A DNA stretch of 8,021 bases from Paraspadella gotoi (GCA_051294375.1 JBJCIZ010000340.1:1-8021); one strand, 5' to 3'. Counted from the first letter of the stretch, positions 1-7,500 are shown. A program made the numbers and translations. Notes: generated from the sequence alone by a model not told the origin.

Positions 1-36
1 AGTCGGGATCTGCTGATAAGCAGATCCGACTAAAAA
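1..36 (-). mobile_element. 5' end (T-run plus subterminal palindrome) of a HINE/DINE-1-like non-autonomous Helentron; the body extends off the left edge of the window
   Basis: 1-31 AGTCGGGATCTGCT-GATA-AGCAGATCCGACT is a hairpin. It is the reverse complement (1 mismatch) of 900-930 and is followed by an A-run (32-36), mirroring the T-run at 894-899. Confidence 0.65.
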
Positions 37-1037
37 CATATGAACAGCACTTTTGAGGATGACGGTAGAAAAAAGTATATCTAAATTTTTCTGCTTATTT
101 TCTCCATTTGAACTCATTACATGTAACAGCATATAACTAGCATATCATAAAGATGATAAAATTATGCTAGATTGTATGCCATATGCTAGTTTGTAGATTC
201 GAACCCGAGATTAACCGTCCATTCGGATCCATGCTAATTGATTAGCCATCTCAGATTGCTATATTTCTTATTTTGAAACTTCCTTACTATCAATTAAAAT
301 CATTTTAAAACTAGACAAATGAACAACCTATTTTTCAAGCAAATCAGCTGACTCAAGAGAAACTAATTCTTTAGTTCTGCTTGGAAAACAATTTCACTTA
401 ATCACAATTTAGTAACTCAACTGGAACCCATTATCGTTACTAATTTATTACTTATTAATTATTATGATGTTCGCCATTTTACTTGTTATTAATTTAATAA
501 TTAATTGATTTATTTGCTATGTTTAGTCATATAGATATTTTTATTGCTTGATGATAAAGCAATGGAATATCTATATGCTTTGATTATTTTATTAAGGTTG
601 CTTTTATTCATTAACCAAGCAAGTTGGTTTAAAACACTTTAATTCAAAGCTTGTAAACTTTGCAATCATTCCGAGATCCAAGACGCTCGTCAACTTCGCT
701 AGATGACGCCGCCACCTCAAAGTGTATTCAGGGCGCGCCATCTACAAGTTCACTTTTTTTGCTGGCTAAAGGGCCTGAAATTATGCCAGATCTAGCATAG
801 AGTATGCCAAGTTTTTAACCAGAGGTCGTTGATCCGATTTCGATTCTACAGTCTTGATTCCTCTGCGATGGTAAAAAAAAAAAAGCGCAGTAGTTTTTTA
901 GTCGGATCTGCTTGTCAGCAGATCCCGACTCTATAATTCACCTTGTCGGTCCGTCGGTCCGCCCCCTCAATATTGTCGGCACACACTTATATCATGTCAG
1001 AACATCGAATTATGATTAATTATGCAAAAAAAACGAT

Positions 1038-1068
1038 GTCCGTCGTCCGTCCGTCCGTCCGTCCGTCC
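1038..1068 (+). repeat. (GTCC)n microsatellite typical of DINE-1/HINE elements
   Basis: gtccgtcgtccgtccgtccgtccgtccgtcc. Confidence 0.9.
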
Positions 1069-1085
1069 CACCTTAGCAAAAAACT

Positions 1086-1388
1086 CCAATTACTCGTGAT
1101 TGGATGGATGGATTGGTATGAAAATTTTGTGTGTGGGTAGGAAACTGTGTGATTGAGATGGATATGAAGTTTCGAGGGAATCGTGCGAGTGGAAATTGGT
1201 TTAAATGGAAAAAACAAAAAAATATTTCACTATTTGAACGCCAATTGCTCATGAGTGGATATGGCAATTGACTTGAAATTTTGTATGATGGTAGGAAAGT
1301 GTGTGATTGAGCAGGAAATCAAGTTTCGATGGAATCATTTGAGTGGAATGAGTTTAAATAGAAAAAAAACCTGTTTCAACTAATTGAT
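1086..1388 (+). repeat. Two diverged ~155-bp central tandem repeat units (1086-1240, 1241-~1388)
   Basis: Both units run ccaatt-ctc-tga-tggat ... tgaaa(a)ttttgt ... ggtaggaaa-tgtgtgattgag ... aagtttcga-ggaatc ... gagtggaa ... gtttaaat-gaaaaaa. Confidence 0.85.
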
Positions 1389-1419
1389 TATGCTTCTTTT
1401 TCCTTTTATATTAAATTTA

Positions 1420-1432
1420 AATGCAGGATGTA
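1420..1432 (+). repeat. Left 13-bp target-site duplication AATGCAGGATGTA
   Basis: Exact direct copy at 2408-2420; the two copies bracket the fold-back element. Confidence 0.85.
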
Positions 1433-1480
1433 AAAAAAAACAGTTTTTTAATTGTGGCAAAGAATTTTTTGACAAGTAAG

Positions 1481-1525
1481 TCGGACATGTTTCGACTCTT
1501 ACAAAGTTAGAGTCTTCATCAGCAA
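1481..1525 (-). ncRNA. Minimal type I hammerhead ribozyme (intact core)
   Basis: The minus strand reads uug-CUGAUGA-a-GACUCU-aacuuugua-AGAGUC-GAA-ACAUGU-C-cga: conserved core, 6-bp stem II, palindromic stem III ACAUGU and a GUC cleavage triplet (cut between 1484 and 1483). Stem I is short (uug/cga). Confidence 0.82.
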
Positions 1526-2280
1526 GTGATTTTTACAACAATTTTCTCTGTGAAAGTTGAGTTTAGGGAGAGAGAGAGAGAGAGATTCCAACAAAGAATT
1601 GAGTGAGAGATAGTGGTCAGATGTGAGGACAGTTCAAGGTAAGGACAGGGAAGGAGAAGTAAGATTGTGAAAAATGAAAAGAGAGAGAGAGAGAAACAAA
1701 TGATATTAATACATTTAGTAATGTACAACAGAGAAAATAAGAATAAATAAGTAAACTTAAAGATTAACTAAGTAGTAATACTATTAACAATGATGAAAAT
1801 AAATTAGTAAAATGAAGTGAAATTGAAACAAAAAGTGGTGAGGGATAGGTAAGTAAAGAGTTAGTGAAAGTAAGTAAAAGAAAGAACTCAAAAATGAGCT
1901 GGCCCCCCCCAGCCGGGCAAATGGAGGATGTTGACGATAAGATCGGGTCATATCCCTCACCACTTTTTCTTCCATTTCAATTTCACTTCATTTTACTAAT
2001 TTATTTTCATCGTTGTTAATAGTATTACTACTTAGTTAATCTTTAAGTTTACTTATTTATTCTTATTTTCTCTGTTGTACATTACTAAATGTATTAATTT
2101 CATTTGTTTCTCTCTCTCTCTCTCTTTTCATTTTTCACAATCTTAGTTCTCTTTCCCCTGTCCTTACCTTGAACTGTCCTCACGTCTGACCATTATCTCT
2201 CACTCAATTCTTTGTTGGAATCTCTCTCTCTCTCTCTCCCTAAACTCAACTTTCACAGAGAAAATTGTTGTAAAAATCAC

Positions 2281-2325
2281 TTGCTGATGAAGACTCTAAC
2301 TTTGTAAGAGTCGAAACATATCCGA
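2281..2325 (+). ncRNA. Minimal type I hammerhead ribozyme (variant with G>A in stem III / cleavage triplet)
   Basis: CTGATGA 2284-2290, stem II GACTCT 2292-2297 / AGAGTC 2307-2312, GAAAC 2313-2317, then ATATC (AUC triplet instead of GUC). Confidence 0.75.
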
Positions 2326-2407
2326 CTTACTTGTCAAAAAATTCGTTGCCACAATTAAAAACTGTTTTTCCTAAATCCTAAAACAACGAAATCGAAAGTC
2401 TATACAT

Positions 2408-2420
2408 AATGCAGGATGTA
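2408..2420 (+). repeat. Right 13-bp target-site duplication AATGCAGGATGTA
   Basis: Identical to 1420-1432. Confidence 0.85.
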
Positions 2421-2581
2421 TAAATAAATCAAATAATTAATCAGTTAATTAATCAATTAGTCAATTAATTAATCAATAATTAATTAATCAGTCAATCAAT
2501 CCGTCCATCTGTCCCACATTAGCAAAAAGCTCCAATAACTCGTGATTGGCTGGTTGGATTAGAATGAAATTTTGTGTGTGG
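2421..2581 (+). mobile_element. Continuation of the HINE-like element: degenerate (AATT/AATC)n tract plus a third, truncated repeat unit
   Basis: 2500-2581 (ccgtccatctgtcccacattagcaaaaagctccaataactcgtgattgg...tgaaattttgtgtgtgg) aligns with ~1055-1137 and stops abruptly at ~2582. Confidence 0.75.
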
Positions 2582-3092
2582 TGCATCTTGCCATGGGGAG
2601 CATGACCTTGCTCCAACGGCATGATTCTTCCGTCCCTGCCCACCAGGTAAGGTGGAGAAGGGCTCGCTGAAGGGCTTGATTTGATTTGCTTTACTCTTCT
2701 GCCCTTGCCCACCAGGTAAGGTAGTACAAGGTTCGCCGTTCTTGTTGTTGTTGTTGTCATAGTCTTGCTTTTCCTTCTTGCGATTATTTTTGCGAATTTC
2801 TTCTGACGATCTTTTTGAGTTGAATCGCGAATCTTGGGAACAAACAAGACTTCTTGAGATATTTTTCTTTGATCTGATGAGTTTGTTTCCTCGTTCCCTT
2901 TTAAACTCAACAATCGGATCAGCGACGTGGGCTGAGTTGTCCGTTTTTTGTTTCGTGGTTCTGATTGGCTGGAAAATTCATTGTTTTCTTCTTTTCTTGC
3001 CTCGTCTGGCTTGGAAATTCGTGTCATTGTTATCGTCGGCGTTTGGCGTCGTTTCCTTTTTCCGGAAATCAGCTTAGTCGATTCATTGTTCA
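2582..3092 (-). promoter_or_regulatory. Candidate 3' LTR with CCAAT box and TATA-like element
   Basis: On the minus strand: purine run AAAAGAAAAA then TG (3102-3091), AGCCAATCAG (2970-2961), TTTAAAAGGG (2905-2896), and ...GATGCA at 2582. The PPT is weak and no second LTR is in the window. Confidence 0.4.
2624..2722. repeat. Direct repeat, 69-bp period, with an exact 17-bp core TGCCCACCAGGTAAGGT (2637-2653, 2706-2722)
   Basis: attcttccgtccctgcccaccaggtaaggt vs actcttctgcccttgcccaccaggtaaggt. Confidence 0.9.
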
Positions 3093-3424
3093 TTTTTCTT
3101 TTGTGCGAGTGAGGGAGCGAGTAAGACAGGTTTGACGAGTAGCTTCCAGATAAGATTTTTGGCATTGAGCGGGCGAAGAAGAGAGATTCAAGCTTTGAGG
3201 TTTAAACAGGAAAAAAAGATTTTTCTTTTTTGATTTGAGATTTTAAATCTCGAATGTTATTTGTTTTTTTTTGTTCTTTGAATTAGATTAATTTGTTAGT
3301 TTATTTTGTTTACATGATGAGAGTTTGTTGCGATATAATGAGCTTTTGAGATTAGTCATGAGTTAGTGAGTTAATGTTTTTTTTGTATGTCTGCGCTACG
3401 CTAAGTTGACTAAGGTAATCTCTC

Positions 3425-3600
3425 TTATTCCATGATGTCGTACTCGGGCGTTTGGTGGAGCTTGAGTCGGCACCTATGATATTTAGATCGCTGGCCATTA
3501 ACACTTATTACAAAGTGATTTCCATCTTTTGTAGGACCTGGTGGGGGCCTGTATAAATGCGTTTAACCTTATTTTCAGTTGGCTCTGCGCCTGTGGTGAC
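3425..3600 (-). pseudogene. pol: Integrase C-terminal GPY/F module and end of pol
   Basis: Manual translation gives VTTGAEPTENKVKRIYTGPHQVLQK, then after a frameshift DGNHFVISVNGQRSKYHRCRLKLHQTPEYDIME*. YTGPH is at 3555-3541 and the stop at 3427-3425. Confidence 0.75.
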
Positions 3601-4193
3601 GAGATGATGTCTGCATCGGCGCGTTTTAGTGGAATTGCCCATGTATATGCAGATGCATTGTCCGAGGCAATGAGGGTGTATTTGTAGCCTGAGACTGTTG
3701 GCAGATGCATTACATCAATGCTCAGTGATTCCCATGGGGCGATGGCTAGATTAGGCGCCGACAAAGTTTCATTGTTTTTTTGTTGATCTGTAGCTTTGGC
3801 GGAATTATCACAGTTACGTACAACCTTGGCGGCTGCCGATGTCAATCCTGGTGTTGAGATATATTGGGCCATGATGAAGGCTGTGCGGTCTCGCCCAGGG
3901 TGTCCAAAGTGTACATGTATATTATGTGTGATATCCTCTGCCTTTTCTGGTAGAACGACAAACTTGTAAGTTGGCGTGTCTCCTTTGAAGCCCCTTATGG
4001 TGAGGATATTATCCGTTGTGACCTCAAGGTCATCTATGCAATTTGCAAGATATCTCTCTACTGAGTTTTTGCCTTTGGTCATCTTTTTGTTTAGCAAAGA
4101 TTTTGCTTCATCTTTACTGTTGTTTTTGAGCATCTGAACAACATCCTTGAAAATTTGATTTTGTTGTTGCCAATCTTCTGACTTCCCTGGCAA
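3601..4193 (-). pseudogene. pol: Integrase zinc-binding domain and first half of the rve catalytic core
   Basis: HVHFGHPG...VVRNCDNS (HHCC with the last Cys as Ser), then PWESLSIDVMHLP...YKYTLIASDNASAYTWAIPL. Homology stops after ADADII. Confidence 0.92.
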
Positions 4194-4199
4194 GAGGGA

Positions 4200-5150
4200 T
4201 TAATGCGAAGTTTAGTTTTTGAGGGCTTTTATATTCCTCTTCAACTTCTCTTTCTTGTGACGTCGATGTTTGTCTCGAGGGTGCTGTTCGATGACGATTT
4301 CTTCTTCTGCGCCTGGCCAGTTGATGGGGAACTTGTCGATTACGCTGCTGTCAGAAGCAGCAGGGTCAGGTTGTTGTTGCCTTGTTGCCATTTCAGCCTT
4401 GAGATTAATGTTTATTAAGTCTGGTGGGATCTCGCTGACGGGTCTAGCTTGGGTTTTGTTGTTGTCCTTCATCAGTGTTAAAGTTGATGTTACGTCAAGT
4501 GGGGCCTCGCTGGAGTGTCTTGTCCCAGTTGATTGTTTCTTCGCTTCCCCTGTTGTTGGGTGGTTGTAGGTTTTGGACAGAGACAATCTTTAAATCTTTC
4601 AACCTTATTGGTCGCAGTTGCTGTGCTAGATCCGAATCTCCGACGAGGCTGACCTGGCCGGTGATTGTTCTGATATTTTGATTGTTCTGTCCGCCTGGGA
4701 AGCCTGATAGGACCTTTCGTACTTGCAACCGGTTTGACTGATGTTATCCTCGTCCATCATAATGATGTTGATGCCGGTCATCTTGGCTAACATCTCCAGC
4801 TCGGGGTGTCCAAGGCTCCAATCTTTTGCAGAGATTGTCTTGATGAAAGGTGTCTGCATCCTTTCGTTTTGGGTTTTCTCTATATAGTTTTTTCCATGTT
4901 TCCTTTCCTGTTGGGACGAATTTTGACGGACAAACTCAAAAAATCTTGTTCGGAAAAGGCTTGGTTTCTTGTTGTAAGAGCTGGGCCGATGAGGGTTGGT
5001 GGCAGTTCTGGTGATGAGGTCGAGGTGACTTGGTTGGCTTCATTGTCCCTGCCGGGTTTTCGGCGTAACCAGGCTCGTAAGCTTCCAATCCATGTCAAAA
5101 ACCAAGCCGGAAAAAAGGGGTGTCAAGAGGGTGATTTGGCCCTTGTTCGG
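4200..5150 (-). pseudogene. Long frameshifted pol linker between RNase H and integrase, with a possible OTU-like segment at ~4645-4900
   Basis: Overlapping minus-strand ORFs tile the interval and include the segment FIKTISAKDWSLGHPELEMLAKMTGINIIMM. Confidence 0.55.
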
Positions 5151-5154
5151 TAAA

Positions 5155-5613
5155 GCGGGGTGAGGAAATCAGCGGGGTTGTCCTCGCTTTTGACTACATG
5201 ACCTCTTTGGGTTTAGGGCATCTGCTTTTTATTTCTGTAATCCAACGAAGAACATTTGTTGGAAGGAGCTGCTGCTTGTCATGTTGAAGATCCATGATTC
5301 TTTTGAAATACTGAGAGTCCGTTTCTAATGTGACTCTTCTGCCGCATGTGTAGCCTTTGTACTTTCTGACCATCATGTTGAAAGCCAGGGTCTCGAGTAT
5401 GTTAATGTGTTTTATGCGGTACTCTTCTGGAAAAGATTTAGAGTGAAATGATAGTGGGTACTCTACCCTATCTGCTGTGGCTGTGATGAGGCCGCCCATT
5501 GCCATTGTGCTCGCGTCAGCATAGATTTTGTAAGAGCCTTGTCTTATTCTTTGGTCATTGAGGAAATTGAGTCCGGGAAAGGTTTTGATTTCTTCTATCA
5601 AGAGGGCTAGCAT
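5155..5613 (-). pseudogene. pol: Ty3/Gypsy RNase H
   Basis: YADASTMAMGGLI, PLSFHSKSF, INILETLA, LETDSQY, LRWITEI; after a frameshift near 5200, VKSEDNPADFLT. Confidence 0.92.
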
Positions 5614-5646
5614 TTTCCGATGTTTCTCAGTGAGTTTGAAGTCTTT

Positions 5647-6712
5647 TCAGTCCAGGAGCGTAAGGGCATGAAGTGGCTGCGCTATATAAGAGAATCTGTG
5701 CGTGAAGCATCTATAGTAATTTAGAGACGCGAGCATGGCTCTTAAGTCCTTTTGAGTTTTCAGGTTCTTGAGTTTTATCTCGGCGGCTTCCAGCTTTTCT
5801 CTTTGGGGAAGGAGTTTGCTGTTGGAGATGCTAAATTCAAGGATTTTGATGTCCTCTTTTCGTAGCAGTACGCTTTTGGTCCACTTCAACACGACATTCT
5901 CGTCTCGTCTCATTTCTGTAGCAATTCTCTGAGTCTTTTGGCCATGTCCTCTGCCGATTTTGCCATGAGGATAAGATCGTCGACATATACTAGAAAGCTT
6001 TTAATATCTTTCCCAAGATCCTTGAAAATTTCATCGAGAATGGCTTGTAAAACGTTAACCCTGTTAACTCCGCCCATGGGTAGCTTGTTCATCCACCAGT
6101 TGTGGCCAGCGCCAGCGAAGGTGGTGACTCTTTTGCACCCTTCGGTGAGGTTTACCTGGTGGAAGCAGGCTAAAATGTCAAGGGAACACTGCAGCTCATG
6201 GGGTTTGTATTGCTCGAGGATCGATGTAATGGTTTGAGGCTCAGTTGCGTAAGTGGAGATGTTATTGTTAACTGCCGACAAATCACAAATCAATCTCCAC
6301 TGTTTTGCAAAGGTCTCGTCAGACATCTCGTCTTGTCCTTCGGCGATGTGTCCTTTTTTTTTTATAAGAAATTCATTTGAATATGCTTCATTTTTTGTCC
6401 TTGAAACTATTCCTGCGTTTTCATAAACTTCCAAGTATATTTTTAAAGCCGCTTTTTTACGGGTCCTTGGTTGACAAAACGCGGTTTTGGGAGGTCCTCA
6501 TTGGTGAATCCCAGGTCAACCTTATAATTAAGGAAACCTTCTTTACAATCGTTTATGGATTCGCCGAAGACATCCCTGAATTCCCACACTATTTCCCATA
6601 CTAAGGGGGCCTTATTGGCTAGTGTAGGATCCACATCTTTGAAGGGTTTGAGAAACGCTTCTTTGCCTCTTGCATCGTGTTTGTCTTTTTGAGCTTGTCT
6701 TGCCTTTTTCAC
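5647..6712 (-). pseudogene. pol: Ty3/Gypsy reverse transcriptase split over three ORFs by frameshifts
   Basis: EFRDVF, WRLICDLSAVN, SLDILACFHQV, LPMGGVN, YVDDLIL (YVDD at 5987-5976), LRAMLASLNYYRCF..FSYIAQPLHAL. Confidence 0.96.
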
Positions 6713-7229
6713 AGCATCGAGTTCTTCCTCGGTTCATGGTGAACAATCGTTGTTGCTGGTATGTTGTCTTTCCTTACTTTTCGTAGCAGCGGCTTTTTTC
6801 CTGACACGTCTGCCTGAACTGGTTCTGCGGTCTTCTCTGTTTCAAGGCCCAAGTCGGACTTTGCTTCAGCCGTGACTAGGGGAAATGCATGTCCCTACCG
6901 TCCTGGTTGGTCCTCGATTTCAATGCCATCTCTGCGACGTAGATCCTCTGTCCATCTGTTGACTGAATAATCCACCTTGATCCGGTTCGCGTTTTCCAGT
7001 AGGCTTTATCCACGGTTAACCAGTTTTTGTTGTCGTGATCTTTTTGTATATGTAAGGGGAGACAAACTTGATCGTCAATGTTTCTCCTTGCCAACCATCT
7101 TGCGGCTTTCAAGGCCTCATGTTTTTCTTGAAAGAGATGCGTGATGGGTTTTTCGTCCATCGCTGCTATCTGAAGGTCTTTCCTTGTGGCAGATGGTTGT
7201 ACTCCCCACATCTGTTCGTGTGGGCCTGG

Positions 7230-7500
7230 GTTAGTGACAGCCGTGCCGATAATGATGTCGTGATCATTTTCATCGGCCGATATGTAAAAGGCTGTTTTTA
7301 ACACCCATGCTTGGAACATAATCCTGATATATTGATCATTTCTGTCAAAAATGATTGGTTCCAGTGGCGGTTGAGAGTCTCAGAGGCCTGCCATGGTATA
7401 TTTCCTTGGCAAGGCTCCATTTTGCAAAAATTTTCTGGGTAATTGTATTTATTGAGGCTCCATATCATAAAGGCAGCTTGCCGGTGCTCCAGCTAATGAC
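7230..7500 (-). pseudogene. pol: Retropepsin-like aspartic protease, frameshifted at the active site
   Basis: LAGAPASCLYD-[1-bp loss at ~7462]-GASINTITQKIFAKW restores D(T/S)GAS. The C-terminal DIIIGT motif is in ORF 6876..7319. Confidence 0.8.

Larger units (their letters stand above)
894..1432 (+). mobile_element. HINE/DINE-1-like Helentron-associated non-autonomous element, 5' part
   Basis: The order is TTTTTT, palindrome AGTCGGATCTGCT-TGTC-AGCAGATCCCGACT (900-930), CTATAA, GTCG/GTCC microsatellite (945-961, 1038-1068), then ~155-bp tandem units. This is the known DINE-1/HINE architecture. Confidence 0.75.
1436..2369. repeat. Long inverted repeat: arms 1436-1847 and 1951-2369, roughly 97% identical by eye
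   Basis: For example, 1471 gacaagtaagtcgga pairs with 2321 tccgacttacttgtc, and 1830 aaaaagtggtgagggata pairs with 1951 tatccctcaccacttttt. (GA)9 and (GA)7 tracts are mirrored by (TC)9 and (TC)8. Confidence 0.97.
1433..2407. mobile_element. Non-coding Penelope-like element (PLE) derivative: inverted pLTR pair with hammerhead ribozymes and a one-sided tail
   Basis: Inverted arms 1436-1847 and 1951-2369, 103-bp spacer, minimal hammerhead motif in each arm, 38-bp extension 2370-2407, 13-bp TSD. No RT or GIY-YIG coding sequence is visible, so the PLE assignment rests on architecture. Confidence 0.75.

Noticed and set aside
125-850. Scattered ATGCTAG/CTAGCAT motifs and a 12-bp inverted match (192-203 vs 838-849) suggesting an old MITE
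   Set aside because: The matches are too short and not colinear, and no termini or TSD can be defined in this AT-rich DNA.
1-930. 930-bp MITE with ~36-bp TIRs
   Set aside because: The right 'TIR' continues directly into CTATAA, the GTCC microsatellite and central repeats of a HINE, and the T/A-runs face inward. Two divergent HINE 5' ends explain it better; the left flank is not visible.
1086-1388. CRISPR-like array
   Set aside because: The units are long, diverged tandem repeats without unique spacers, in a eukaryotic TE context.
1471-1497. HINE/DINE-1 3' stem-loop (acaagtaag-tcg...cgact), also at 2309-2335
   Set aside because: The stem is imperfect and overlaps a complete hammerhead core inside a TSD-bounded insertion, so the ribozyme/PLE reading explains more.
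1847-1854. Splice donor AG|GTAAGT next to the inner end of the left arm
   Set aside because: It is antisense to that arm's ribozyme and sits in a GTAA-rich tract, so it is likely coincidental.
943-1975. Short ORFs 943..1140, 1020..1217, 1073..1267, 1519..1728, 1784..1975
   Set aside because: They are translations of microsatellite, tandem-repeat and low-complexity non-coding DNA with no protein motifs.
1436-2369. Palindrome as a read fold-back artefact
   Set aside because: The arms have independent substitutions, there is a unique 103-bp spacer, and a 13-bp TSD flanks the structure with host repeat resuming afterwards.
2488-3165. env gene
   Set aside because: No signal peptide, transmembrane helix or Cys pattern, and the C-terminus runs into HINE sequence.
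2778-7301. Plus-strand ORFs (2778, 4203, 4270, 4475, 4806, 5938, 6198, 6377, 7068)
   Set aside because: They are antisense shadows of the minus-strand retrotransposon with no recognisable domains.
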